DNA of 64,000 nucleotides from Thermostichus sp. DRC_bins_24 (GTDB lineage Bacteria; Cyanobacteriota; Cyanobacteriia; Thermostichales; Thermostichaceae): assembly GCA_039794845.1 (NCBI GenBank), contig JAUQVK010000084.1, positions 1 through 64,000 on the forward strand, given 5' to 3'. The notes below the pieces were generated by a model, which was not told where the DNA came from, did no database searches, and saw only the letters and a list, made by a program, of their open reading frames with translations. Made by a program: the position numbers and the translations under genes. Below are positions 39,686 to 50,248 of this stretch, one piece after another. Numbering within the stretch: the stretch's first letter is position 1; the number at the start of each line of letters is the position of its first letter.

Positions 39686-40905
39686 AGTCTGCCATAGCCA
39701 GAATCTGGTTTAACTTCCGTGACTTTCCAGCTGAGCTTTAAGTTGAGGTAGAAGTTCCAGAATACGAGGATACCGATGGCGATCAGATTGGCCAGCAGGT
39801 AATGAATGCCGAGGTACTCGCTCAGTAGAATCAACAACAGAGAGTTGAGGAACAGACCCATTAGACAGATGATATTGAACTTAACCAATCGCTTCAGACG
39901 ATTGATAGGGCCAGGTTGCAGCTTGGTCACGCTGCGAAAAGTCCATAGATCATTCCAGAGAAAGTTGTTGAGAATCGCCACTTCTGAAGCAATCAGTTTG
40001 CTGACCATGAGGCCCCAACCCAAATTGTTTGGATCATGCAGCAAATAAAGCAGGACCATATCTACGAAGGTACCGGAAAGTCCCACCGTACAGAATCGCA
40101 GAAAGGATCCCAGTGGCCCCAATGAGAGACGCAGGTGGATAAGATGGTGCAGGTACTGAATGCAGGTTTGCAGTTGGATCTTGCTCTGGCCATTTTGGCG
40201 CTCCTGAAAGACATACCCCACTTCTTCGATCGTTCCCACTCTGCCCCGAGCAAGCACCTCGATCAGCAGCTTGTAGCCTTTGGGATTGAGCGGGATCCCG
40301 GCAATCGACTTACGCCTGACCAGAAACAATCCACTCAAGGGATCCGAAACACGGCCTAGGATCCCCGGCAGCAGGGCCAGCCCAATCAGTTGAGCTCCTC
40401 GGGAAACAATGCGTCGGCCCAAGCTCCAGTAGCTCACCCCTCCCGATTCTGCGTAGCGGCTGCCTAAGGCCAAGTCGGCCCCCGTTTGCATCTGCTGCCA
40501 CAACTTGAGGATCATCTCCGGTGGATGTTGCAAATCCCCGTCGATCACTCCCAGTATTTCCCCTTGGGCGGCCTGCCATCCTCGCAGCACGGCCGTGGCT
40601 AAGCCCCGTTCCTGATGGCGGCAAATCACTTTTAACTGCGGAAACTCCCGTTGCAGCTCCTGAGCCAGTTTGGCGGTGTAATCGGGGCTATTGTCATCCA
40701 CCACGATCAGCTCGTAGGCGCCCGGCAGATTTGTATCCAGATGGGCGCACAACTGGCTGACCAAGTCGCGAATGCTGGAGGCTTCGTTGTAGGTGGGAAT
40801 GACCAGCGAGAGTTGGATGGAGCTGGATTGCAGTAGAGGTGGAATCTGGATAGGGGTTAAACGGGCTTTGGGAGGTGTGGATGAAGTAGGAGCGACATGA
40901 GGCAT
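39682..40905 (-). CDS. GT2 glycosyltransferase (DPM-synthase-like) fused to a GtrA domain
   Basis: VIPTYNE, VVDDNSPD, IDGDLQHPPE, then F-RFC-VG-SG--VD...NF--N--WTF. Confidence 0.92.
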   Translation of the reverse strand: MPHVAPTSSTPPKARLTPIQIPPLLQSSSIQLSLVIPTYNEASSIRDLVSQLCAHLDTNLPGAYELIVVDDNSPDYTAKLAQELQREFPQLKVICRHQERGLATAVLRGWQAAQGEILGVIDGDLQHPPEMILKLWQQMQTGADLALGSRYAESGGVSYWSLGRRIVSRGAQLIGLALLPGILGRVSDPLSGLFLVRRKSIAGIPLNPKGYKLLIEVLARGRVGTIEEVGYVFQERQNGQSKIQLQTCIQYLHHLIHLRLSLGPLGSFLRFCTVGLSGTFVDMVLLYLLHDPNNLGWGLMVSKLIASEVAILNNFLWNDLWTFRSVTKLQPGPINRLKRLVKFNIICLMGLFLNSLLLILLSEYLGIHYLLANLIAIGILVFWNFYLNLKLSWKVTEVKPDSGYGRL

Positions 40906-41098
40906 TCAGCAAGCCATCCCAAAAAGAGCGACAAGTCAGGATCCCGAAGCTAGAGCTCGGATACAAGCCAAAACCAAACCAGGAGGCTGACCTGATCCTT
41001 AAGAATGATCCCATATCGTACCGATGGATGACCTGGAGAGCTAGGCTCTTCTCCACCTACCCAGCTCTATCAGGTCCTCGCCAGCACTCGAGTGAACC

Positions 41099-41947
41099 GA
41101 TCTGATTGGGGATGAGTACCAAGATGTTAACTTTGGCCAGCAGCGGCTGATTGAACTGTTGGCCGGTACTCGAGCCGAAGTCATGCTGGTCGGTGACGAT
41201 GACCAAACCATTTACGAATGGCGTGGAGCTTGACCCGATTGCATTATCCGCGACTTTGAGCATGTGTTTACCAATCGTCCCCACACAGTCTATAAACTCA
41301 CGCGCTCCTTTCGATTTGGCCCTGTTACAGCCCTTTACGCCTAGGGCACGCTGGCGCGTTCGCCCATGGCGGCCCATAGGGCACCGCTAGTCACATGTAA
41401 CAGCTATGGAGGTTGAAACCCACCTCCTGGAGGGCTGAGGAAGCATAAACCCTGCTGTAGAAAACCCGCGCAAGGGCTGTATGTTGCTCTCACACGGGCT
41501 CGGAAAGTTGCTTATATCGTTACAAAAGCCTATCATTCAACCCAAACGACAAAACTTGCCTCAAGGTTTCTAGAGGAGATAGCTCTAGAACCAACAGCCC
41601 AGCTGATGGAGGATTTACCTGAGATTACTGATGAATTTAAAACTAACCCAACGGATGCACGGTCACAAGGAACTGAGAAAGTTCAGACCTGGCTGGCAGC
41701 AGTTAGAAATCATGCAGGACAACGTTCTATCATCGACAGCCTGCAAACTTATCTTTCTATGCTTGGGGCAAGAGAACTCAATACTTGTGTTCATGATTTA
41801 ACCGTAGGTGTCCCTGAAGAACCTTTTAAGTATCAGTATGCTTATGGTAAAGATCAGATGTCCGAAACGAGGGATCCACCTCAGGAACCAGGCAGTAGTG
41901 ATGTTGCTGGTGACACGAAGGGCTGTTGGGATGAGATTCCATTTTGA
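41099..41947 (+). pseudogene. UvrD/PcrA-like SF1 helicase remnant
   Basis: DEYQD (41111), [14 protein letters not shown] (stop 41231), LTRSFR, LYVALTRARK (41477), SRFLEEI; internal stops and a large deletion. Confidence 0.85.
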
Positions 41948-42001
41948 ATCCTGAAGTGCCTCTCTTCTCTCTCCTTCTCGATGAGAGAGGAGTAAGAAGT
42001 G

Positions 42002-43738
42002 TCAGCTCAGACTGCTCTGCACATCGACATTGGAACCCAGGCGTTGCCGCTGAGCTAGCCGAGAATTGAGCAAAATCACGGGGAGGATCCCTACCAACAC
42101 AATGGCCAAAGCTGGGGCCCCTGCTTCTGCGAGGCGTTCATCGGCGGCCATGCGGTAGGTTTGCACCGCCAAGGTGTCGAAGTTAAAGGGCCGCAGTACC
42201 ATTGTGGCCGGTAGCTCTTTCATCACATCCACAAACACCAGGATCATCCCCCCTAAAATCCCCCCTCCCATCAGGGGTAGATGCACCCGCCAGAGGGTAC
42301 CGAGGGATCCCTGCCCTAGGCTACGAGCTGCTTCATCTAGGCTAGGAGGGATCCGCATCAGGGTGGCTTCAATGGTGGAGAGAGAAACTGCCAAAAATCG
42401 CACCAGATAGCCAAAAATCAAGGCCGTAATTGTGCCACTGATCACCAAACCGGGGGGTTGTTGAAAAAGCACCTGCCGCAGATGACTGAGGAGCTGATCC
42501 ATCCGCCCCAAGGGGAGCAGTACCCCCACCGCAATCACCACCCCCGGCAGGGCATAACCCAAAGAAGACAAGTGCACCGCCAGCCGCAGACCCCAAGGGG
42601 ATCCCGCACGGCCTAGCCCCTGCATTCTCAGCCCGTACAACACCACCACCGACACCACCACCGCGATCACCGCCGTCACTGTGGCCAGCACCAAACTGTT
42701 TTGGGCGTAGCTCCAGAAGCGGCGACCCAACCCCCCTTGCCGCAGAGTCATGTTCAGAAGAATTAGAGCGGGAACGCCAAAGCCCAACCCAACCGGGATC
42801 CCACAGGCCAGCCAGGCCCCCACCGCTCGGATCCCTCTTAAGGCATAACGACCGGCCGTTGGTTTGAAGCCCTGTCGGTAGTAGCGTGCCCGCCGGCGCA
42901 GGGTTTGTTCCCCGACCATCAGCAGCAACACCAACACCAACAGCAAAGCCGACAGCTGGGCCGCTGCCACCGGATTCCCCAGAGCCGTCCAGATCCGGTA
43001 AATGCCCGTCGTGAAAGTGTCTACCCCGAAATAGCTGACGGTGCCGAAATCATTGAGGGTTTCCATCAGGGCCAACAGGGCCCCGGCGACAATTCCCGGT
43101 CGCGCCAAGGGCAAAGCTACCCTGCGAAAACTGGCCCAAGGCCCATAGCCCAGGGAGCGGCTCACCTCCAAACAGGCCACCGATTGTTCCTGAAAAGCCA
43201 GCCGTGCCGCCAAATAAACATAGGGATACAGGGTAAGAATCAGCAGCAGTGTTGCCCCCCACAGGGAGCGGATGTTGGGAAACCAGTAGTCGCCAATTCC
43301 CCAGCCGGTGATCCGCCGCAGCCAGATCTGAAAGCCGCCGGTTACCTGCAAAAAGTCGGTATAGGCATAAGCCAAAACATAGGTGGGGGCCGCCAAAGGC
43401 AACACCAGCATCCATTCCAACCAGGCTCGCCCCGGAAATTGGCACATGGTTACCAACCAAGCGGTGCCACTGCCCACCAGGATCACCCCCGCTGCTACCC
43501 CTACCATCAACAGCAGGGAATTGCGCACGTACAGCCCCAGCACCGTCCCCGCCAGATGCTCCCACACCTGTCGCTCATCCACCAGCCAACTCAACAGCAC
43601 CGTTAGGGTGGGGACAAGGATCAGGCCGGTCAAGACCAAGGTGAGCAGTGCCCAGCCATTCAGCCAAGGCCATCGAATTTTCCTGAGGGTGCGCCCAAGG
43701 GGTTCGTTTAAGGGTGGCTCAGCCGGTTTGCTCATCAA
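42002..43738 (-). CDS. futB: Iron(III) ABC transporter permease
   Basis: LPLAAP-YV-AY, E-LNDFG, D-MKELP-T--LRPFNF-TLA. Confidence 0.92.
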   Translation of the reverse strand: MMSKPAEPPLNEPLGRTLRKIRWPWLNGWALLTLVLTGLILVPTLTVLLSWLVDERQVWEHLAGTVLGLYVRNSLLLMVGVAAGVILVGSGTAWLVTMCQFPGRAWLEWMLVLPLAAPTYVLAYAYTDFLQVTGGFQIWLRRITGWGIGDYWFPNIRSLWGATLLLILTLYPYVYLAARLAFQEQSVACLEVSRSLGYGPWASFRRVALPLARPGIVAGALLALMETLNDFGTVSYFGVDTFTTGIYRIWTALGNPVAAAQLSALLLVLVLLLMVGEQTLRRRARYYRQGFKPTAGRYALRGIRAVGAWLACGIPVGLGFGVPALILLNMTLRQGGLGRRFWSYAQNSLVLATVTAVIAVVVSVVVLYGLRMQGLGRAGSPWGLRLAVHLSSLGYALPGVVIAVGVLLPLGRMDQLLSHLRQVLFQQPPGLVISGTITALIFGYLVRFLAVSLSTIEATLMRIPPSLDEAARSLGQGSLGTLWRVHLPLMGGGILGGMILVFVDVMKELPATMVLRPFNFDTLAVQTYRMAADERLAEAGAPALAIVLVGILPVILLNSRLAQRQRLGSNVDVQSSLS

Positions 43739-43990
43739 ACTCAGGTGAAATCTTCACAAACTTTATAAAAATGTTCCCATCTCCGGTTCATTGACGGGTT
43801 GAGAACTCAAGACTCAAGCAAGAAGCCCTATTCTACGCCCCTGAATAGGGTTTCCACCCGATGTTGCTCCGACCCAGTGTAAAGGAAAGTCCTCCACCAG
43901 GGATCCCTACCCCCCAAAGGAACGGAAAGGATCCCTGACTCTCACTCAGCAGGAATACACCTGTACTGAGCTATGGGCAAGCGGCAAGCC

Positions 43991-45037
43991 TTACTTCCAA
44001 CCGGCCCGATCCATCACCATCAAAGCATCTGGCGTCACCCGGCCAATGCTGGCGGCGTTGATCGTATCTTCCTTAAAGCTACCAAAGCCCGCTACTATCG
44101 AATCCACCTCTGCTCCTGGCAAAACCGGGTATTCGTTGTTGCTTTGGGCAAAAATGGCTTGGGCTTCCGGCCCGGAGAGGAACTCGAGGAACTGGATGGC
44201 CGCTTCTTTGTTGGGAGCTGTTTTCAGAATACCGGCACCGCTAACATTGACGTGGGTGCCGCGATCCTCCTGGTTGGGGAAAAAGACCCCAATTTTTTCC
44301 GCCACCGCCCGATCCTCAGGATTGTCGGATTTGATCAAGCGGGGCAGATAATAGGTGTTGGCAAGGGCCACATCCCCCACCCCGGCAGCCACAGCCTTGA
44401 TTTGGTCGGTATCCCCCCCTTCCGGTGGACGGGCAAAGTTGGCCACCAAGCCCCGTGCCCATTCTTCCGTTTCCGGGATCCCGTGGGCCAGGATGATCGA
44501 GGCGGTGAGGGATTGGCTGTAGACGTTGCTGGAGGAACGGGTGAGCACTTTACCCCGCCACTTCGGATCCGCCAAGGCCTCGTAGGTGGAGAGTTCGCCA
44601 GGATCCACCTTGTCCTTGTTGTACATGATCACCCGCGCCCGCTTGGTGAGGCCAAACCAGTACCCTTCCGGATCCCGCAAAGAGGCCGGAATGTTGCTGG
44701 ATAAGGTGGCGGATTCAATCGGCTGGAACAACCCCTCGTTCTGGGCACGCCACAGTCGGGCAATATCCACCGTCATAAACACATCGGCAGGGCTATTGGC
44801 GCCTTCGCTGCGGATGCGCTGATTGATCTCGTCGGCATTGCCCTGTACCCAGTTAACAGTGATGCCGGTTTTTTCTTTGAACAGATCGTACAGCTCTTCA
44901 TCGGTACCGTAGTGACGGGAGGTGTAGAGGTTAACCTCCCGGTTAGCACCGTGGGCCGGGCGCAGGAAGGATCCCGCCGCCAAGGCTACAGAGCCTAAAG
45001 AGACTCCACTGACAAACTGTCGCCGCGATAAACGCAT
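43991..45037 (-). CDS. futA: Iron(III) ABC substrate-binding protein (FutA/IdiA)
   Basis: Tat SRRQF; VNLY-SRHY--D, NTYY, G-HVN-SG. Confidence 0.93.
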   Translation of the reverse strand: MRLSRRQFVSGVSLGSVALAAGSFLRPAHGANREVNLYTSRHYGTDEELYDLFKEKTGITVNWVQGNADEINQRIRSEGANSPADVFMTVDIARLWRAQNEGLFQPIESATLSSNIPASLRDPEGYWFGLTKRARVIMYNKDKVDPGELSTYEALADPKWRGKVLTRSSSNVYSQSLTASIILAHGIPETEEWARGLVANFARPPEGGDTDQIKAVAAGVGDVALANTYYLPRLIKSDNPEDRAVAEKIGVFFPNQEDRGTHVNVSGAGILKTAPNKEAAIQFLEFLSGPEAQAIFAQSNNEYPVLPGAEVDSIVAGFGSFKEDTINAASIGRVTPDALMVMDRAGWK

Positions 45038-45205
45038 ATGCAACCAACTCCTAAACTCAAAAAATCCTGAAAAAACATCACCCCACCCCAGGCAGAGCCG
45101 GCAATGCCCCTCTCTGCTGAGAAAACACTCGAAAACCACACCTCTGAAGCAGAAGTGGTTACCCTGAATCTGAAGCCTACTGTCGGTTACTGTAGAACTC
45201 GCTTG

Positions 45206-45291
45206 TTGAGACTCATATTCAAGAACTTGTTTCTGGGGAACATGATAGGGGATCCCAGGTATTGGGTCAAGCTATTAAGATCTATTCTCAT
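45206..45291. promoter_or_regulatory. Two Fur-box-like inverted repeats upstream of futA
   Basis: TTGAGACTCATATTCAA (45206-45222) and TTAAGATCTATTCTCAT (45275-45291). Confidence 0.5.
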
Positions 45292-45339
45292 TTGTTAGCC
45301 ATTGGACTCGAAAGAGCTGACTGAATCAAGACTGTTCGG

Positions 45340-45963
45340 TTAAGGGCAATCGAGGCTGGCAAACACCCGTTCAGCTTGGGATAGGGCATTGTTGCCGGTG
45401 GAGATGAGCAGAAACATGAGCAGGTCTTCTTGGTGCAAAACCGCTGATTGATAAACAACGCTGGGCACCGTTGTGGATCCCTCTTGGCTTTCTCCTTCCA
45501 GGATCAACAGCGAGATGGCCTGATCGCAAAGGCGGCGGGACTCACTGCGCTCGACGGTAATGTTCACATCCTCGGAACGGAACTCACTCACCCCTTCCCG
45601 AAAATTGGCCTCTAGCTCCTGGCGGTCGATCTCGTTCAGCACCTCTGCGCCGACGCGGCCCACCATCAGCACCACCCCTTCGTTGCGGCTGGTTACCCCG
45701 GCAAAATCGATCGGGCCGAGGCTAAAGCTCACCACCCCCTGCGATCCCCCGGGAATTTGGTACTTGAGAATGGTTTGCGCCTTTTCTTCTACAGCCCCGG
45801 AGTCAAGGGTAAAGCCCGTAACTTCCCGCAACACCCGCGATAGATAGTAACCCGCTGCCACACAGGATCCAACCCCCAGCACCAGCAGCAGCCCACATCC
45901 CAACGCAACACCGCGCCAGGGAAAACCACCCATTGCACGAGGATCCGGTTGAGTGGAAGTCAT
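45340..45963 (-). CDS. Hypothetical membrane-anchored protein
   Basis: Single N-terminal TM (GCG...C), soluble domain with a Cys pair. Confidence 0.75.
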   Translation of the reverse strand: MTSTQPDPRAMGGFPWRGVALGCGLLLVLGVGSCVAAGYYLSRVLREVTGFTLDSGAVEEKAQTILKYQIPGGSQGVVSFSLGPIDFAGVTSRNEGVVLMVGRVGAEVLNEIDRQELEANFREGVSEFRSEDVNITVERSESRRLCDQAISLLILEGESQEGSTTVPSVVYQSAVLHQEDLLMFLLISTGNNALSQAERVFASLDCP

Positions 45964-46090
45964 GAGCAGTGCCCCAGCCAATGAGTGATATGAGTGTAGC
46001 AAGCTATCCCCGGCCAAAGGGGGTGATCTGCAGCACCTGCCAAAGTCCGAAGGGCTTCGGATATAACGGGGGCAGGGTAGATGACAGCGT

Positions 46091-48340
46091 ATGGCCCGTT
46101 CCCTGACTGACTTGCCCGGTGTGCAGCCGCAGGACAACGGCAGGGATCCCAACACGGCCATTCTTGTCTGTGGCTACAACGATTTGGTGGAGCTGACCTT
46201 ACAAGCTCTGGAAGCCTTTGGACAACATGCTGTGGTGGTGGATCCGAACCCGTTGCCGGATCCGAAGAAGCACTGGCGACATCTACGAGGGGATCCCCGA
46301 CAACCGGAGGTGCTGCGTCGGGCTGGGATCGAGCGGGTCAAAGGGGTATTGTTGCTGCAAGACAATGACCAAGCCAACTTTGAGCTGGCCCTGCTCATCC
46401 GGGATCTGAACCCGCAGGTGCGCATCATCTCGCGGTTGTTTAACCGCAGCATTGCCCACTATCTCGACTCGGTTTTGCCACAGCATTTCTCGTTGTCGAT
46501 TGCCGCTTTGGCGGCCCCAGCCTTTGCCCTTAAGGCGGTTTCAGATGAATTTGTCGGCTACTTCGAGCTGCCCCAGTTAGAAGCTAAGCCGGCGATTCTC
46601 CCCCCGGAGCTGGCGGATCCCGGTTACCTGGGCCCTGTGCAAGAAACCACCCTCTGGAACGTGGTGGATCTGACGATTGAGGACAACTCTCGCCTGTTGC
46701 ACATGCCCCTCTCGGAGTTGGAGGAGACCTTTCGGGCCAGGGTGCTGTTTCACTACCCGGTGGATGGGCTGTCGGATTTCTCCGCCTATCGGGTTTTCGA
46801 CGATTTCGACCACGAGGCGGAACTGATCGAAGGGGATCGCATTTTGGTGATTTGTGATCCGAAGGCCTACTTGCAACTGCTGGAGCGCAATGGCCGGCGC
46901 GGATCTTCACGGGCCCAACGCTGGGCCAGCGGGCAGGCAGAAGACAAACGACACCAACGGCAACATACGTCACTGCCGTGGGGATCCCTGTACGCCGGAG
47001 CCTGGCGCACCCTAGGGTCTCGGTTGCTCATGGGAGTACGAGGGCTATTGCAGGTGAAACCCATCGTGCGTACCCTCACCCTCACCTTGGGAGCGATGTT
47101 GGTGCTGGGGGTGATCAACTTCAGTTTCATCGGCAAATCCGTGATCGATGGGCTGCTGCTGACGATTGTGGTGCTGACGGGGGGCTACGGAGATATCGAC
47201 GATTTTCAGCAGCCGGAAACGCCGCTGGCGGTAAAAGTGCTGGCGGTATTGATGACGTTGGTAGGGGCAGCCTTGGTGGGTTTGGTCTACGGTTTGGTTA
47301 CCGATAAATTGGTGAGTAGCCGCTTTGGCTTGGGGCGGGCGGCACGCATGCCCAAACAGGACCATGTGGTGATCGCGGGTTTGGGGCGGCTGAGCTACCT
47401 GGTTCTGCAGTTGTTGCGGCAGATGGGCTATGAGGTGGTGCTCTTGGATCCCGATACCGACAACCCTCTGCTGGAGGCGGCGGAGCGGGAAGGGGCAGCG
47501 GTGATTCGTGGGGATTATGCCTTGGCGAGCACGCTGCAACAGGGCCACATCGAGGGGAGCCGCTGTCTGATCTGCACCACCCGCGACGATCTCACCAACC
47601 TCGAGACGGCTTTGACCGCCCACAGCCTACAACCCGGGATCCGCACCATTCTGCGGGTTGCCGATCCCGAGCTGGCGGATCGGATGCAGCGCCACATTCA
47701 AACCCTGGGGATCAGCTACAGTGCCACCGGATTGGTCGCACCGGCTTTTGCCACGGCAGCTTTGGTGGGATCCGTCTACGGTACTCTGGCTTGGGAGGGG
47801 GAAACCCTGTTGGTAACGCTGCTGGAGGTTTCTGCCCAGTCCCACTACCGGGGTCTCTCTCTGCGGCAACTGGCCCAAGATTACGACCTGGTGATTTTGC
47901 TGCATCATTCCCGACCGGGCAAACCTCGCATCTTTCCAAAACTGTGGCAGAAAGAGGGGGAGACCCTTTTGAAGGAGGGGGATCAACTCTACGTGATGGG
48001 GGCGGTGGGATCCCTGATTCGCTTGGCCCAACACCGGCCTTTCCCACCGGAGCTATACCAGGTGCGCCTTTTGGAGTGTCGCAACGCCTACTTTGAAGAT
48101 GAGATCCTTGCGGCGCTATCCTTTTATGCTCGGCTGCCCAAAACCGTTCTCAAGCCGCTGCTGCGCCATCTTCCGGCTGTGGTGAGCCCGCCCATGCCCC
48201 GCGATAAAGCGATCAAACTGGCCCGGCAACTGCGCAAAATGAGTACCGAAGTGCAGGTCTTTGCTCAGGTGCAGTCCGTCCATGGGATCCCCGTGGCGAT
48301 GGCCGAAACCCTCGGAGAGAAGGACCCACCCGCAGGCTGA
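46091..48340 (+). CDS. Potassium channel protein with TrkA-N/RCK domains
   Basis: Two RCK domains (VCG-N, IAGLGRL) flanking two TM helices with an LTGGYGD pore loop. Confidence 0.85.
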   Translation: MARSLTDLPGVQPQDNGRDPNTAILVCGYNDLVELTLQALEAFGQHAVVVDPNPLPDPKKHWRHLRGDPRQPEVLRRAGIERVKGVLLLQDNDQANFELALLIRDLNPQVRIISRLFNRSIAHYLDSVLPQHFSLSIAALAAPAFALKAVSDEFVGYFELPQLEAKPAILPPELADPGYLGPVQETTLWNVVDLTIEDNSRLLHMPLSELEETFRARVLFHYPVDGLSDFSAYRVFDDFDHEAELIEGDRILVICDPKAYLQLLERNGRRGSSRAQRWASGQAEDKRHQRQHTSLPWGSLYAGAWRTLGSRLLMGVRGLLQVKPIVRTLTLTLGAMLVLGVINFSFIGKSVIDGLLLTIVVLTGGYGDIDDFQQPETPLAVKVLAVLMTLVGAALVGLVYGLVTDKLVSSRFGLGRAARMPKQDHVVIAGLGRLSYLVLQLLRQMGYEVVLLDPDTDNPLLEAAEREGAAVIRGDYALASTLQQGHIEGSRCLICTTRDDLTNLETALTAHSLQPGIRTILRVADPELADRMQRHIQTLGISYSATGLVAPAFATAALVGSVYGTLAWEGETLLVTLLEVSAQSHYRGLSLRQLAQDYDLVILLHHSRPGKPRIFPKLWQKEGETLLKEGDQLYVMGAVGSLIRLAQHRPFPPELYQVRLLECRNAYFEDEILAALSFYARLPKTVLKPLLRHLPAVVSPPMPRDKAIKLARQLRKMSTEVQVFAQVQSVHGIPVAMAETLGEKDPPAG

Positions 48341-48398
48341 GGGATCCTTTGAAGGGTGGCCACGAAGTTGCGGGCCAAGGCAAGCTCTGGCCAATTTT

Positions 48399-48440
48399 GT
48401 ATCAGAAGAAACAAAATGCCGGTGTCGGCCTTTCTAGGAT
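48399..48440 (+). promoter_or_regulatory. NtcA-activated promoter of glnA
   Basis: GTA-TCAGAAGA-AAC (48399-48412), exactly 22 nt, then TAGGAT -10 box (48435-48440). Confidence 0.8.
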
Positions 48441-48682
48441 GAGTGAGCGTTTCTAGCCCCCTTGGGGTCAAAACGCGGGGAGCATTCACCGGGATCCGAT
48501 TCGCAGCAGTCCCAAGCGATGGTTCTCCTCGGGCGGATCCTCACCTGATCCCCCCTGTTGTTGGGTTGGAATGTTGCTGACAGAGGCGCACTGACGCAAA
48601 CACAGGGGATCCCGATATAGGCTCACCCGAACCCACCGTTGTTCACCCCAGTCCTAACCGCAAATCCAATAAGGAGAGAGTA

Positions 48683-50107
48683 ATGGCATCCACGCCCCAA
48701 GAAGTGCTTCAGATGATCCAGGACAACAACGTCCAGATGGTGGATCTCAAGTTTGTGGATATCTTCGGCACCTGGCAGCACGTCTCCTTCCACACCTCGA
48801 TGATCCAAGAATCAACCTTCAGTGAGGGGTTAGCCTTCGACGGATCCAGTATCCGGGGCTGGAAAGCGATCAACGAATCCGACATGTATATGGTGCCGGA
48901 TCCCAAGACCGCCTGGATCGATCCCTTCCTGGAGGTACCCACCCTCAGCCTCACCTGTAGCATTGTCGAGCCCCGCACCGGCCAGCTTTATTCCCGTTGC
49001 CCCCGCAGCTTGGCCACTCGTGCCGTGGCTTATTTGCAATCCACCGGCATTGCCGACACCGCCTATTTCGGTCCAGAGGCGGAATTTTTCATTTTTGAGG
49101 ATGTCCGCTTCGATCAAACCCAAAACTCGGGCTACTACTTTGTTGACTCCATTGAAGGGCGGTGGAATTCCGGTCGGCAGGAAAACGGTGGCAACTTAGG
49201 CTACAAACCCCGCTACAAGGAGGGCTACTTCCCGGTTCCCCCTACCGACTCTCACCAGGACATTCGCACCGAGATGTTGTTGACCATGGCCAAGCTGGGG
49301 GTGCCGATCGAGAAGCATCACCATGAAGTGGCTACCGGTGGTCAAGGGGAGTTGGGCTACCGCTTCGCCGATTTGATCTCGGCTGCCGACTACATGATGA
49401 TTTACAAGTACGTGATCCGTAATGTGGCCCGCAAGCACGGCAAAACCGTCACCTTCATGCCCAAGCCTCTGTTTAACGACAACGGCACCGGCATGCACAC
49501 CCACCAATCCCTCTGGAAAGACGGTCAGCCCCTTTTCTACAGCGAAGGCACCTATGCCAATCTGAGCGAAACCGCCCTGTACTACATCGGTGGCCTTCTC
49601 AAGCACGCCCCCGCCATTCTCGCCTTCACCAACCCCACCACCAACTCCTACAAGCGCTTGGTGCCTGGGTTTGAGGCTCCGGTGAACTTGGCTTACTCCC
49701 AGGGCAACCGTTCCGCTTCCATTCGCATCCCGGTGACCGGCACCAGCCCGAAAGCCAAGCGGCTGGAGTTCCGTTGTCCAGATGCCACCTGCAACCCCTA
49801 CATTGCTTTCTCAGCCATGTTGATGGCAGGTTTGGACGGGATCAAGAACAAGATCCATCCCGGTGAGCCCCTCGACAAAGACATCTACGATCTGGAGCCG
49901 GAAGATCTGGCCAAGATCCCCTCTACCCCCGGATCCCTGTTGGATGCCCTGGAAAGCCTGCAGAAGGATCATGCTTTCTTGCTGGAGGGGGGTGTCTTCA
50001 CCGAAGACCTGATCGAAACCTACATTGAGTACAAAATCGACAACGAGATCAACCCCATCAACCTGCGGCCTCATCCCTATGAGTTTGCCCTCTATTTCGA
50101 TGCCTGA
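48683..50107 (+). CDS. glnA: Glutamine synthetase type I
   Basis: FDGSSI-GW, HHHEVA, FMPKP--DNG-GMH, NRSA-IRIP. Confidence 0.98.
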   Translation: MASTPQEVLQMIQDNNVQMVDLKFVDIFGTWQHVSFHTSMIQESTFSEGLAFDGSSIRGWKAINESDMYMVPDPKTAWIDPFLEVPTLSLTCSIVEPRTGQLYSRCPRSLATRAVAYLQSTGIADTAYFGPEAEFFIFEDVRFDQTQNSGYYFVDSIEGRWNSGRQENGGNLGYKPRYKEGYFPVPPTDSHQDIRTEMLLTMAKLGVPIEKHHHEVATGGQGELGYRFADLISAADYMMIYKYVIRNVARKHGKTVTFMPKPLFNDNGTGMHTHQSLWKDGQPLFYSEGTYANLSETALYYIGGLLKHAPAILAFTNPTTNSYKRLVPGFEAPVNLAYSQGNRSASIRIPVTGTSPKAKRLEFRCPDATCNPYIAFSAMLMAGLDGIKNKIHPGEPLDKDIYDLEPEDLAKIPSTPGSLLDALESLQKDHAFLLEGGVFTEDLIETYIEYKIDNEINPINLRPHPYEFALYFDA

Positions 50108-50148
50108 TCTCTGCGCCTCATTTGGCGGTTGAAGGTTGAGTGTTGTGC

Positions 50149-50185
50149 GGGATCCCTTCTCTGAACGGTGAGGGGATCCTTTTTT
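50149..50185 (+). terminator. Rho-independent terminator after glnA (GGATCC-arm stem)
   Basis: GGATCCCTTC...GAGGGGATCC-TTTTTT. Confidence 0.7.
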
Positions 50186-50248
50186 GGGGCTTGCTTCTGG
50201 GTATTCTGGGGGTGGGGCTGAATTGGATTGGGCAGTGGGGGAAGGACG

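Noticed and set aside
39469..39741. 90-aa ORF as an independent gene
   Set aside because: Better explained as a tnpB tail remnant running into the glycosyltransferase gene
41606..41947. 113-aa stand-alone gene
   Set aside because: In frame with the upstream helicase motif VI; it is the tail of the pseudogene
48450..48682. Glutamine riboswitch (glnA RNA motif)
   Set aside because: I could not match the consensus by eye; needs an Infernal scan
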